This document shows positions 1 through 9,865 of a DNA stretch of 64,000 nt, one piece after another (position 1 is the first letter of the stretch; each line of letters begins with the position of its first letter). Origin of the DNA: Alistipes sp. (lineage in GTDB: Bacteria; Bacteroidota; Bacteroidia; Bacteroidales; Rikenellaceae). A model generated the notes under the pieces. The model was not told the origin of the DNA. It saw only the letters and a program-made list of their open reading frames with translations, and searched no databases. Made by a program: the position numbers and the translations under genes. The DNA is taken from the NCBI GenBank assembly GCA_017546975.1, contig JAFYRL010000009.1:5384-69383 (forward strand). Direction: 5' to 3'.

Positions 1-1
1 C

Positions 2-364
2 ATCACACCTGGCTATGTGGCTATGGTCGTTGCGGCATTTGTATTGTGGTATATCACTAAGCTCGGTGAGAACTACACCACGGAGCATGAGGTGGTTGTG
101 GAGATTGAGGGTAAGCAGTATGATGTGGACTGCGTAATTCGCGGTAAGGGCACAAATCTTATCCGTTACACCATTCCCAACAGAGAGAATATTTTTGTGG
201 TCCCAGCTGCGGAGCTTAGCTTTGATAAGGAGGTGACTGACGATGCTGGCCTTACCTACCGCCATGTGACAAATGTGTCGTTGCAGCAGGCTCTAAATGC
301 CCGTATGAACGATGTTGATGTTATTGCTGTGGGTGCTGTGCCGATGATACTTTTTGAGGAGTAG
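2..364 (+). CDS. YbbR/CdaR-like membrane-anchored protein, 5'-partial
   Basis: Frame is open from the window start. N-terminal TM segment (AAFVLWYITKL); position directly before coaE matches the usual Bacteroidota ybbR-coaE order. Confidence 0.55.
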   Translation: MTPGYVAMVVAAFVLWYITKLGENYTTEHEVVVEIEGKQYDVDCVIRGKGTNLIRYTIPNRENIFVVPAAELSFDKEVTDDAGLTYRHVTNVSLQQALNARMNDVDVIAVGAVPMILFEE

Positions 365-367
365 AGT

Positions 368-961
368 ATGTATAAGGTGGGTATTACAGGCGGCATAGGC
401 TCAGGTAAGAGCACTGTATGTCGTATTCTTGCAGAGCATGGCGTGGCTATCTATGATGCTGATAGCAGGGCTAAGGAGCTTATGGCTACCTCGGCAGCGT
501 TGCGTGCTGCGATTATAGAGAACTTTGGTGCAGAGAGTTTTAATGCTGAGGGGCTGAACCGTGCATACCTTGCTACGAGGGTATTTAGCGATGCCGAGCA
601 GCTAAAGGTGCTTAACGGCCTTGTGCATCCTGCCGTTATTGCCGACTTCGAGGTGTGGGCCGAGCAGCAGGAGGGGCATTATGTTGTCTTTGAGTCAGCT
701 ATCTTGTTTGAGGCTAAGTTGGAGGATAGGGTAGATGTCACTGTTGCGGTTATGGCACCTGAGGAGTTGCGTGTGGAGCGTGTTATGGGTCGTGACGGCG
801 CAACAAAGGAGCAGGTATTGGCGCGCATAAAGAATCAGATGTCGGACGATGAGCGTGCCGATAGGGCTAAGTATGGCGTGGTAAATATCGATGTCGAGGA
901 GTTGGAGGAGGATGTAGAACAGCTACACCGTAGACTATCTTATGATGCTCAGCACAAATAA
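368..961 (+). CDS. coaE: dephospho-CoA kinase
   Basis: VGITGGIGSGKS P-loop, DAD, LVHPAV, ESAILFE motifs. Confidence 0.96.
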   Translation: MYKVGITGGIGSGKSTVCRILAEHGVAIYDADSRAKELMATSAALRAAIIENFGAESFNAEGLNRAYLATRVFSDAEQLKVLNGLVHPAVIADFEVWAEQQEGHYVVFESAILFEAKLEDRVDVTVAVMAPEELRVERVMGRDGATKEQVLARIKNQMSDDERADRAKYGVVNIDVEELEEDVEQLHRRLSYDAQHK

Positions 962-1772
962 TATAGAACTTCGTCATAGCCATGTTATGGCTATTGTCAA
1001 TGTTACGCCCGACTCCTTCTATTCTGGTAGTCGTAGCCTGTCGAGTTTAGATGTTGAGCACCGTATAGAGCGTGCTATCTCGGAGGGTGCAACAATCATA
1101 GATATAGGTGGTTACTCCACCCGTCCTAATGCTCCAGAGGTGTCGTTGGAGGAGGAGTGGCTTAGGGTACGCTGTGGCTTAGCGGCTGCGGCTAAGATAG
1201 ATAGCGGCGTTGTAGTCTCTATAGATAGTTTTCGTTCGGAGGTTATACGCCGTGCTGTGGAGGAGTTCGGCGAGGTTATCGTTAACGATATCTCGGCAGG
1301 CGAGCAGGATGCAGCAATGCTTGGCGTGGTGGCTAAGTATGACCTTCCATATATCGCTATGCACATGCGTGGCACGCCGCAGACTATGCAGAGCATGACG
1401 GAGTATAAGAATGGTGTTGTCGAGGGCGTCGTGGAGTATTTTAAGGCGCGCGTAGAGGATATTGTTGCTCAGGGTGTTAAGCGCGAGAGGATAGTTCTTG
1501 ATCCAGGCTTTGGTTTCGCTAAGAGCATGGAGCAGAACTATGAGCTTTTGAGAGGACTTGACCAGTTGCGCGCGTTGGGCTACCCAATACTTATTGGTCT
1601 TTCGCGTAAGTCGATGATATATAAACCATTGGGTATAACGCCTGAGGAGTCATTGCCTGGCTCTTTAGCCCTTGCATGGGAGGTGCTTCGTGCTGGTGAT
1701 GCCATATTGCGTGTTCATGATGTTAGGGAGAGCGCGCAGCTAATAACGCTTGCAAAAACTTATAGAGGATAA
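942..1772 (+). CDS. folP: dihydropteroate synthase
   Basis: IVNVTPDSFY, DIGGYSTRP, LDPGFGFAK, GLSRKS, LRVHDV. Confidence 0.97.
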   Translation: MMLSTNNIELRHSHVMAIVNVTPDSFYSGSRSLSSLDVEHRIERAISEGATIIDIGGYSTRPNAPEVSLEEEWLRVRCGLAAAAKIDSGVVVSIDSFRSEVIRRAVEEFGEVIVNDISAGEQDAAMLGVVAKYDLPYIAMHMRGTPQTMQSMTEYKNGVVEGVVEYFKARVEDIVAQGVKRERIVLDPGFGFAKSMEQNYELLRGLDQLRALGYPILIGLSRKSMIYKPLGITPEESLPGSLALAWEVLRAGDAILRVHDVRESAQLITLAKTYRG

Positions 1773-1980
1773 TATATAGGGAGGTTCTATAAATTAGGTT
1801 GAGTTTATTTTGTTGGATATTTCGAACAGATTTCTTATCTTTTTCGAGGGCGCTATGCGGGCATAGCAACCGAGGAAAGATAAGATAGATGCCGAAATAG
1901 ACACAAAAGCAACCGAAATATAAAATAAAACTACCTATTGTTAAACTTAATTTGCTAATTTATAGAACATCCCTTTATAT
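1772..1980. repeat. MITE/REP-like ~200 bp nested palindrome between convergent folP and aroE
   Basis: 26-bp terminal inverted repeat (1772-1797 vs 1955-1980, 2 mismatches) with nested internal stems. Confidence 0.7.
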
Positions 1981-1986
1981 ACTGAC

Positions 1987-2739
1987 TTAGTTTACCAATG
2001 TCTGCTCTGTAAGCTCTCTTTCTGCGCGCTGCCATGTGTGCCATGATGCTATGGCTTGCGTCTGAAGCATAAGCATGCCATTCATTGTCGTTGCGCCCTG
2101 CTCCTCAGCGCGACTTAGGAGCATGCTCTTAGCTGGGTTGTATACAAGGTCGAATACGCAGTGTTTATCTGTGATAGCATCGTAGGGTAGTGCTGGCGCC
2201 TCCTCTACAAGTGGAGACATGCCTACAGGTGTGGCGTTGATGATGAGCTTGTGATTGGCTATAACCTCTGCAGTTAGGGTATCATAGGTATAGTCGCCAC
2301 GCTTATCATCGCGAGATACGATGCTGAATGGAATGTTGTGCTTCTTGCACACATACTGCACGGCCTTGGATGCACCTCCTGTGCCGAGAATGAGAGCACC
2401 GCTCTTATCCAACCACTCAATAGTTGCCTCAATACCTGTGATATCGGTGTTATGTCCTATCTTGCGACCACCCTTAATAACTACGCAATTAACAGCGCCA
2501 ACAGCCTCAGCCTCAGGTGATAACTCATCGAGATAGGGGATGATACTCTCCTTGTATGGTATAGTTACATTAAAGCCAGATAACTCTCTCTCTGCTATGA
2601 TGCTATCAATGGTTGATATATCCTCCAACTCAATAAGTGAGTAATCTGCATCTATCTCCTCGTTCGCAAACTTCGCTGTAAAGAAATTCTTTGAAAACGA
2701 GTGTGACAAATGCTTGCCTATAAGTCCGTAGTGTCGCAT
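1987..2739 (-). CDS. aroE: shikimate dehydrogenase
   Basis: YGLIGKHLSHSFS, GFNVTIPYK, GAVN, NTD, LGTGGA, INATPVGM, DLVYNP. Start reassigned to MRHYG at 2739. Confidence 0.96.
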   Translation of the reverse strand: MRHYGLIGKHLSHSFSKNFFTAKFANEEIDADYSLIELEDISTIDSIIAERELSGFNVTIPYKESIIPYLDELSPEAEAVGAVNCVVIKGGRKIGHNTDITGIEATIEWLDKSGALILGTGGASKAVQYVCKKHNIPFSIVSRDDKRGDYTYDTLTAEVIANHKLIINATPVGMSPLVEEAPALPYDAITDKHCVFDLVYNPAKSMLLSRAEEQGATTMNGMLMLQTQAIASWHTWQRAERELTEQTLVN

Positions 2740-3410
2740 GATTCTATATCTTCTATTATTAGTTCTGTAGTTGTTGTCTCCGGCTCTGCGCTTACCTCGG
2801 AAGCATCCCCAAAGAGCCATATAGCCAAGGCGGCAAAACCTATTAGCAAGGTAGTGAAAAGTGTTGCCAAAAGGTTGAAATATTTGTCAATAAACGCTTT
2901 AATTGGTGCGCCGAAACGCCATATAAGCCATGCAATTACAAAGAAACGCAAGCCTCGTGATACTATTGATGCAATGATAAACATCAAAAAGTTGATGTCG
3001 AACAATCCGCCTGCAATGGTAAATAGCTTATAGGGTAGTGGCGTGAAGCCTGCAGTAAAGACAATCCAGAAGTTGTACTTATCGAATAGTGCACCAACAT
3101 TGTTGAAGCCCTCAACACTAAATACATGGTTGAAGAAGAAGGTTGCTATTGCGGTAGGGTCACCTGTTGGTGTGATCCATAGAAAGTGGCCAATGCCGTA
3201 GCCAACAGCAGCGCCTATAATAGAACCTGCAAGACATATTGCTGCAAAGCGAAATGATTTCTTAATTGCGCCAAGACATAGGGCTATAAGAAGAATATCT
3301 GGTGGAATTGGAAACCAACTCGACTCACAAAAAGCAAGGATAAAGAGCGCTAACCAGCCCCAACGACTCTCGCTCCACGATAACACCCAGTTGTATAATC
3401 TTTTAATCAT
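2718..3410 (-). CDS. YqaA/DedA (VTT domain) family membrane protein
   Basis: AFCESSWFPIPPD and AGFTPLPYKLFTI motifs; start at MIKRLYNW. Confidence 0.9.
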   Translation of the reverse strand: MIKRLYNWVLSWSESRWGWLALFILAFCESSWFPIPPDILLIALCLGAIKKSFRFAAICLAGSIIGAAVGYGIGHFLWITPTGDPTAIATFFFNHVFSVEGFNNVGALFDKYNFWIVFTAGFTPLPYKLFTIAGGLFDINFLMFIIASIVSRGLRFFVIAWLIWRFGAPIKAFIDKYFNLLATLFTTLLIGFAALAIWLFGDASEVSAEPETTTTELIIEDIESCDTTDL

Positions 3411-3434
3411 ATTTTGTGTTTGTTCTAATCTCGG

Positions 3435-3442
3435 CAAATGTA
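3435..3442 (-). promoter_or_regulatory. Bacteroidota sigma-A -7 element for the DedA-aroE unit
   Basis: TACATTTG on the minus strand matches TAnnTTTG. Confidence 0.55.
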
Positions 3443-3448
3443 CAACAA

Positions 3449-4459
3449 TTACTCGAAACTATCAACTATTCCACCTCCTATGACCAAATTATCACGATAT
3501 AACACCAAAGGTTGTCCTAAGGCTGGGGCATAGGCTTTATCTGTAGTCGTTATCATATATCCATCTTTATGCTTTACTATATTTATGTGAAGCTCAGGAT
3601 TTTTGCCAATACCTCTAATCTTAATGGTTATATCGTTCGATGTTAGCAATTCGTTTTCATCGACTATATTGCAGTTAGTTATATATAGTTTTGATTTGTA
3701 TAGCATGCTGTTGTCGCCTACTCGGATAACATTTTTTGTTGGCTCAATATCTATAACGCGCTTGCCTTCAGGAATACCCTCACCACGCTTTTGACCTATC
3801 GTATAGCGAGCAATGCCGTTGTGCCTACCACATGCGCACCCCGTATTATCTACAATATCACCGCTTTTCATCTCAATGCCACGGCTCTCTAAGAATTCGG
3901 CGTAGGGTCTACGGCCGAGAAAACATATACCCATACTCTCGCTCTTATCTTTGAAGCCCTCTTTGACCTCGCTCTTTATCTTTGAGCCCATAGGTGTTAT
4001 GGCTCTTCCAAGAATCTCTTGTGATAGTCCCCATAGGTAGTAGCTTTGGTCTTTGTTGCTGTCTAAGGCCTTGGCAACATAGTATTTGTTGTTATGTTGC
4101 TCGATATTAAAGTAGTGTCCAGTGGCTATGTGTTCAATACCAAGACGATTTGCCTCAGAGAGGAGTATATGCCACTTGATATGTGTGTTACAGCGTGTGC
4201 ATGGTGCAGGCGTGCGACCCGATGCATACTCCGAGCAGAAGTAATCTATAATATCGCGCTCGAACATCGCTTTAGCATCTACTGCGTACCACTCCACACC
4301 AAGCTCCTTAGCCCTCTGCTCGGCCTTTTCGAGCATCGCACTATCACCCATAGTATCTATGGTTAGAGCTATAACCCTATAGCCTTGTTCTTGTAGTAAT
4401 CCTACGGCAGAGGTGCTGTCAATTCCACCACTGAAACCTAATATAACGCTCTTATTCAT
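3449..4459 (-). CDS. mnmA: tRNA 2-thiouridylase MnmA family
   Basis: SGGIDS PP-loop, GRTPAPCTRCN, IATGHY, KDQSYYL, ESMGICF, YTIGQ. Confidence 0.92.
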   Translation of the reverse strand: MNKSVILGFSGGIDSTSAVGLLQEQGYRVIALTIDTMGDSAMLEKAEQRAKELGVEWYAVDAKAMFERDIIDYFCSEYASGRTPAPCTRCNTHIKWHILLSEANRLGIEHIATGHYFNIEQHNNKYYVAKALDSNKDQSYYLWGLSQEILGRAITPMGSKIKSEVKEGFKDKSESMGICFLGRRPYAEFLESRGIEMKSGDIVDNTGCACGRHNGIARYTIGQKRGEGIPEGKRVIDIEPTKNVIRVGDNSMLYKSKLYITNCNIVDENELLTSNDITIKIRGIGKNPELHINIVKHKDGYMITTTDKAYAPALGQPLVLYRDNLVIGGGIVDSFE

Positions 4460-4466
4460 GTTGTCT

Positions 4467-4504
4467 AAAAGCAGGGCTGACCAAAAATATCTTTAGTCAG
4501 CCCC
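4467..4504 (-). terminator. probable intrinsic terminator after the PUR-family gene
   Basis: GGGCTGAC/GTCAGCCC stem with a short T tract on the minus strand. Confidence 0.55.
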
Positions 4505-4512
4505 GATATCAC

Positions 4513-4821
4513 TTACTCTTGGTGATTGTTGTTTTCAAAGTATTCTGGCTTGTGCTCCTTAACAAAGTCTACCATTTCACTTATTCCCTCCATTACCTTT
4601 GCGAAATCCTCTTTATAAAGGTATATCTGGTGTCGAGAGAAGGATGCTGAGCCATCTTGGTTTACCTTCTTGCGCGACTCTGTGATGGTTAGAAAGTAGT
4701 CATCTGCGCGTGTCGCCTTAACATCGATAAAGTATGTGCGCTTTCCAGCTCTTATGACTTTGGAGCATATCTGTTCGCCATACTCATCGCCGTCGTGGCG
4801 TGAATGATAATCTGGGTTCAT
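4513..4821 (-). CDS. PUR family (DUF3276) nucleic-acid-binding protein
   Basis: SKVIRAGKRTYFIDVK...LTITESRK...IYLYKEDF. Confidence 0.92.
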   Translation of the reverse strand: MNPDYHSRHDGDEYGEQICSKVIRAGKRTYFIDVKATRADDYFLTITESRKKVNQDGSASFSRHQIYLYKEDFAKVMEGISEMVDFVKEHKPEYFENNNHQE

Positions 4822-4904
4822 AGTAGTAGTTGTAGTTTTAAGGTTAGTTATCTTGATTTATTCTGATAACGAAGATAATAATTTATTTACAAACTACCAA
4901 CTTT

Positions 4905-6437
4905 TTACTCTATAATTTTACTGCTGGCTATGGCGATAGCTCTCTGTGCCATTGGGTCGTACTCTAATACATATATATATGTACTACCGTAGTCTCCGTA
5001 TATACGCTTTGCAAGTGCAGACTTAAATATTGTGGATAGATACTCCCTATCTCGTAAAGTAAGCGCCTCGGCTGATTGCTCAGTTTTGGAATATAGCTCT
5101 TCGCATATCTTCTCTTCAATCCTATATCGTGCGTGAAAATCCTCCATTGAGGGATAGTCTGCAAGAAGAGTGTTTAGCGATACTTTGTCGATGTAGTCAA
5201 TCGCCATTTTGTCAATGGTGGAGTTGCTAGCCGCCATCATGACACTACTTGAAATTTGAAAGTCACTGATGTCGATATATTCATCCGGAGTGATACCTCC
5301 GCCACCATATACCTCGCGTCCAAGTCTCAGAGTCCTATATGCGGGCTTATCGTAGTGAGAGATAGAGTCAGGATGCATATATCTTGTGCTGTCCGATATG
5401 TATCTATCACCATCACCCATAGTGTATGGCCGCTGAATTGTGCGCCCAGAAGGTGTTTTATAGCGTGCTATAGTGAGATATATACCTGAGCCATCTTTTA
5501 GTTTAATGACCCTCTGCACAAGACCTTTGCCAAAACTTGTGTGTCCTATAATTGTACCTCTATCATGATCTTGAATAGCACCTGCAAATATCTCGCTTGC
5601 CGAGGCGCTATTCTCATTGATAAGTACAACTAATGGAATATCTATAGGCTTTGTGTCGCGCTTTTTAGAGTAAGTAATACTCTCATTGCGTCCCTCTGTG
5701 GTAACGATAACATCGCCTTTATTTAGAAACAAAGAGGTTAAATCAATGGCTGCAGAGATAAGACCACCGCCATTATCCCTTAGGTCAATAATAAGGCTCT
5801 TGATATCTCCAAGATTGGTGTATGCCGAATAGAAATCATTTGCAAGACGCCTCGAAAAAGAGTCGATAGAGATGTAGCCCACATCCCCAAAACGCAATGC
5901 GGCACTTATGGAACTTTGTTCTATAAGCTCGCGTTTTAAGTCTATCTCTAATGGCTCATTAGTTCCTTTACGCTCAACTCTTAGCGATGCTAAACTTCCT
6001 GTGCCACCCTTGAGGAGTGTCGCTATGCTGTCAGTGGAGAGACCGACAATATTTTGGTTGTTGATTGCAGTGATGCGATCATTAGATTGTATCCCCTTTC
6101 TTTGAGCTGGCGAGTTTGCTATCGTGCTCCGCACAACAAGGGTGTCGTTGTGTACTGTGTAGTTGATACCTATACCTGCGAACTCTCCCCTAAGACGCTT
6201 TTTTGAAGCCTCCATCTCCTCCTTAGTGAGGTATTTCGAGTGTGGGTCAAGCTCCTTAAAAGTAGCGATGATGGCCTCCTGAACCAATGGCTCAAGAGAG
6301 ACATCATCGACATAGTTGTCACGAATTTGTTCGTAGACAGAATTAAGTTTTGCTATCTGTTGTTTATCGGTTAGTTGTGCTGTAGCGATGCTACATGACA
6401 CAACTAAACCAATAATTGATATAACAAGGTGTTTCAT
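4905..6437 (-). CDS. S41 family C-terminal processing peptidase
   Basis: Signal peptide, LDPHSKY, PDZ region, IIDLRDNGGG, SASASEIFAGAIQDHDR, SFGKGLVQ. Confidence 0.94.
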   Translation of the reverse strand: MKHLVISIIGLVVSCSIATAQLTDKQQIAKLNSVYEQIRDNYVDDVSLEPLVQEAIIATFKELDPHSKYLTKEEMEASKKRLRGEFAGIGINYTVHNDTLVVRSTIANSPAQRKGIQSNDRITAINNQNIVGLSTDSIATLLKGGTGSLASLRVERKGTNEPLEIDLKRELIEQSSISAALRFGDVGYISIDSFSRRLANDFYSAYTNLGDIKSLIIDLRDNGGGLISAAIDLTSLFLNKGDVIVTTEGRNESITYSKKRDTKPIDIPLVVLINENSASASEIFAGAIQDHDRGTIIGHTSFGKGLVQRVIKLKDGSGIYLTIARYKTPSGRTIQRPYTMGDGDRYISDSTRYMHPDSISHYDKPAYRTLRLGREVYGGGGITPDEYIDISDFQISSSVMMAASNSTIDKMAIDYIDKVSLNTLLADYPSMEDFHARYRIEEKICEELYSKTEQSAEALTLRDREYLSTIFKSALAKRIYGDYGSTYIYVLEYDPMAQRAIAIASSKIIE

Positions 6438-6440
6438 CCA

Positions 6441-7784
6441 CTATTTTAGAGCAGTAACAATATCATTAAATGCTACCTCGCGCTGCTCGCCTGAGCGCAT
6501 ATCCTTAATGGTTGCAACCTTGCGCTCAAGCTCGTTTGAGCCGATGATAACAACATAAGGAATACCGCGGCGGTTGGCGTACTCCATCTGCTTCTTCATC
6601 TTTGAAGAGTCCGGATATATCTCTGCTGCGATGCCATTGTTGCGTAGCTCAGAGATAATACGCATTGATGCCTCCTGCTCTGCCTCGCCAAGGTTAATGA
6701 AAATCACCTTGGTTGAGCATGCCAACTCCTCTGGGAAGAGGTTTAGACCAAGCATTACATCATAGATGCGGTCAGCACCAAACGAGATACCTACGCCTGA
6801 CATACCTGGCATACCGAAGATGCCTGTAAGGTCATCGTAACGGCCACCACCAGATATTGAACCGATGGCAAAGTCGTTCGCCTTAACCTCGAAGATTGCA
6901 CCTGTATAGTAGTTCAAACCTCGTGCCAATGAGAGGTCAAGCTCAGGTGTTAGAGAGATGCCCAACTTCTCGATGTGTGAGAAAATAGTAAGCATCTCCT
7001 CGATACCGAGCATACCTGTCTCAGATGTGCCGATGATGCTGCTAAGTATGTTGAGCTTCTCTTCGTTAGTGCCGCTAAGCTCAAGGATTGGTTGAAGCTT
7101 ATTGATTGCCTCATCATCGATGCCACGCTCGCGCAACTCGTTCTTAACATTGTCCAAACCAATCTTATCGAGCTTGTCGATAGCCACGGTGATATCTATC
7201 ATCTTATCGGCATGACCGATAGACTCTGCGATACCGAACAAAATCTTGCGGTTGTTCATCTTGAGTGTTACCGAGATGCCGAGCTTAGAGAATACACGGG
7301 CTACGATATCTACCAACTCGACCTCTGAAAGCAACGACTTAGAGCCGATAACATCGACATCGCACTGGTAGAACTCACGGTAGCGACCCTTCTGTGGGCG
7401 GTCAGCACGCCATACAGGCTGAATCTGATAGCGCTTGAATGGGAATACAATCTCATTCTGGTGCTGCACAACATAGCGCGCAAAAGGTACAGTTAGGTCA
7501 TAGCGAAGTCCCTTCTCCGAAATTTTTGATGCCTGACGAAGCTCCTCATCCGAGAGGCTAGCACCATAATCTCCTGAATTAAGAATCTTGAAGAGTAGCT
7601 TATCACCCTCATCGCCATACTTGCCGAGTAGGGTGGATAGGTTCTCCATAGATGGTGTCTCAAGTGGCGCATAGCCAAAGAGGCGGAAAACGCTCTTAAT
7701 AGTATCAAATATATAGGTGCGGCGCATCATCTCCTCTGGAGAGAAGTCTCGCGTACCCTTTGGTATTGATGGTTTCTGTGCCAT
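6441..7784 (-). CDS. hisS: histidine--tRNA ligase
   Basis: [43 protein letters not shown]. Confidence 0.98.
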   Translation of the reverse strand: MAQKPSIPKGTRDFSPEEMMRRTYIFDTIKSVFRLFGYAPLETPSMENLSTLLGKYGDEGDKLLFKILNSGDYGASLSDEELRQASKISEKGLRYDLTVPFARYVVQHQNEIVFPFKRYQIQPVWRADRPQKGRYREFYQCDVDVIGSKSLLSEVELVDIVARVFSKLGISVTLKMNNRKILFGIAESIGHADKMIDITVAIDKLDKIGLDNVKNELRERGIDDEAINKLQPILELSGTNEEKLNILSSIIGTSETGMLGIEEMLTIFSHIEKLGISLTPELDLSLARGLNYYTGAIFEVKANDFAIGSISGGGRYDDLTGIFGMPGMSGVGISFGADRIYDVMLGLNLFPEELACSTKVIFINLGEAEQEASMRIISELRNNGIAAEIYPDSSKMKKQMEYANRRGIPYVVIIGSNELERKVATIKDMRSGEQREVAFNDIVTALK

Positions 7785-7787
7785 ATA

Positions 7788-9467
7788 TTACTGCTCTGCC
7801 AAAAGTTTCTTGTACTTAACACGCTTAGGGGTTGTATCCTCGCCCTGAGCCTTCTTCCAAGCCTCGTACTCTGAGTATGTACCCTCATAGAATACAACCT
7901 TTGAGTCGCCCTCGAACGAAAGGATATGTGTTGCGATACGGTCCAAGAACCAACGGTCGTGCGAGATAACCACAGCACAGCCTGCGAAGTTCTCAAGACC
8001 CTCCTCCAAAGCACGGAGTGTGTTAACATCGATATCGTTGGTAGGCTCATCGAGCAACAATACATTGCCTTGCTCCTTAAGCGCAAGAGCGAGGTGTAGA
8101 CGGTTGCGCTCACCACCAGACAATACGCCACACTTCTTCTCCTGGTCGGCGCCGTTGAAGTTGAAGCGACCTACATAGGCGCGAGCATTTACCTGACGGT
8201 TGCCGAGCTGGATAAGGTCTGAGTTCTGAGAGATTACCTCATATACGGTCTTCTCTGGGTCGATAGACTTGTGCTGCTGATCTACATACGCCAACTTCAC
8301 TGTAGGACCTACGCGGAAGCTACCAGATGTAGGCTCCTCCAAGCCCATAATCATGCGGAATAGGGTGGTCTTACCTGTACCGTTGGCACCGATAACACCT
8401 ACGATACCTGCTGGTGGCAATGAAAACTCGAGGTTCTCGTATAGTACACGATCACCGAAGGCCTTAGTTACGCCCTGAGCCTCGATAACAAGATCACCCA
8501 AGCGTGGACCATTAGGGATATAGATCTCAAGCTTCTCCTCGCGCTCCTTAGTGTCGGCATTCATCATCTTGTCGTAAGCAGATAGACGAGCCTTAGACTT
8601 AGCATGACGGCCAGATGGTGACATACGCACCCACTCCAACTCTCGCTCAAGAGTCTTGCGGCGCTTGCTCTCCTGCTTCTCCTCCATCGCCATGCGCTGA
8701 GTCTTCTGCTCCAACCAGCCTGAGTAGTTACCCTTCCATGGAATACCCTCACCACGGTCAAGCTCCAAGATCCAGCCCGCTACATTATCCAAGAAGTAAC
8801 GGTCGTGGGTTACAGCGATAACTGTACCCTTGTACTGCTGAAGGTGCTGCTCCAACCAGTCGATACTCTCTGCATCAAGGTGGTTGGTAGGCTCATCAAG
8901 AAGCAATACATCAGGCTGCTGAAGAAGCAAGCGACACAATGCCACACGACGACGCTCACCACCAGAGAGCACTGCTACGCTCTGATCTGGATCTGGACAA
9001 CGCAAAGCATCCATAGCACGCTCCAAAACGCTATCAAGCTCCCAACCGTTAACCTGGTCGATCTTCTCGTATAGCTCACCCTGACGCTCAACAAGGCGTG
9101 CCATCTCATCGTCATCCATAGGCTCGCAGAGCTTCATGTTGATCTCCTCGTACTCCTTCAAAAGAGCTACAGTCTCAGCTGCACCCTCCTCAACAATCTC
9201 CTTAACGGTCTTTGTTGGGTCGAGCTGTGGCTCCTGCTCAAGGTAACCTACGCTGTAGCCAGGTGAAAATACCACCTCGCCCTGGAAACTCTTGTCGATA
9301 CCTGCGATAATCTTCATAAGTGTAGACTTACCAGAGCCGTTAAGACCAATGATACCAATCTTAGCACCATAGAAGAATGATAGGTAGATGTTGTTCAAGA
9401 TTTTCTTGTTGTTGTTAAGCACTTTGCTTACGCCAACCATCGAAAATATTATTTTCTCGTCTGCCAT
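7788..9467 (-). CDS. ettA: energy-dependent translational throttle protein (ABC-F)
   Basis: Two ABC domains and no TM segment; LSFFYGAKIG, GIPWKGNYSGWLEQK, ELEWVR. Confidence 0.96.
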   Translation of the reverse strand: MADEKIIFSMVGVSKVLNNNKKILNNIYLSFFYGAKIGIIGLNGSGKSTLMKIIAGIDKSFQGEVVFSPGYSVGYLEQEPQLDPTKTVKEIVEEGAAETVALLKEYEEINMKLCEPMDDDEMARLVERQGELYEKIDQVNGWELDSVLERAMDALRCPDPDQSVAVLSGGERRRVALCRLLLQQPDVLLLDEPTNHLDAESIDWLEQHLQQYKGTVIAVTHDRYFLDNVAGWILELDRGEGIPWKGNYSGWLEQKTQRMAMEEKQESKRRKTLERELEWVRMSPSGRHAKSKARLSAYDKMMNADTKEREEKLEIYIPNGPRLGDLVIEAQGVTKAFGDRVLYENLEFSLPPAGIVGVIGANGTGKTTLFRMIMGLEEPTSGSFRVGPTVKLAYVDQQHKSIDPEKTVYEVISQNSDLIQLGNRQVNARAYVGRFNFNGADQEKKCGVLSGGERNRLHLALALKEQGNVLLLDEPTNDIDVNTLRALEEGLENFAGCAVVISHDRWFLDRIATHILSFEGDSKVVFYEGTYSEYEAWKKAQGEDTTPKRVKYKKLLAEQ

Positions 9468-9505
9468 ATTATATTTTGTTTATATTGTATTTGCGTATAA
9501 TCGTG

Positions 9506-9513
9506 CAAATATA
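9506..9513 (-). promoter_or_regulatory. sigma-A -7 element for ettA-hisS
   Basis: TATATTTG on the minus strand. Confidence 0.6.
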
Positions 9514-9645
9514 GCAATAATTATCGAGAATACCAATTATATATATAGTATCATGGTATTTACTTTTAGGTGAAGTAAGTTCTGTTATGTTAAATGTCTT
9601 ATTTATGTATCGTATTGTTCGGGAAACTAAATTTTCTTAATGGAA

Positions 9646-9678
9646 ATTGTTTTATTTGGGAAATTATTTCTATATTTG
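9646..9678 (+). promoter_or_regulatory. sigma-A promoter for the 9866 gene
   Basis: ATTG (9646-9649), 21-nt spacer, TATATTTG (9671-9678). Confidence 0.6.
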
Positions 9679-9764
9679 TACTATCATTAGGTTAATCGAT
9701 TGACATTTTTTATCTTGATGTTGAAAGTAATATCCTTTTGATATGTTATTTGAGAATTATTAGT

Positions 9765-9844
9765 GAAGACGACTTGCACTCAAAGTGGGCAATCATCTCC
9801 CGTCTTCCTATTTTAACTACTAACCGCATTGGAGATGCTACGGT
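9765..9844 (+). ncRNA. candidate structured 5' leader RNA with pseudoknot (family not recognised)
   Basis: GAAGACG/CGTCTTC, TTGC/GCAA, CATCTCC/GGAGATG and ACCG/CGGT complementarities. Confidence 0.4.
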
Positions 9845-9865
9845 ACACAAACAACACAAACAAAA

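Noticed and set aside
9831-9860. GGAGATG as the start of a fluoride riboswitch
   Set aside because: Lacks the following CTCC stem and downstream TGATG...CTAC elements, and the gene is not fluoride-related.
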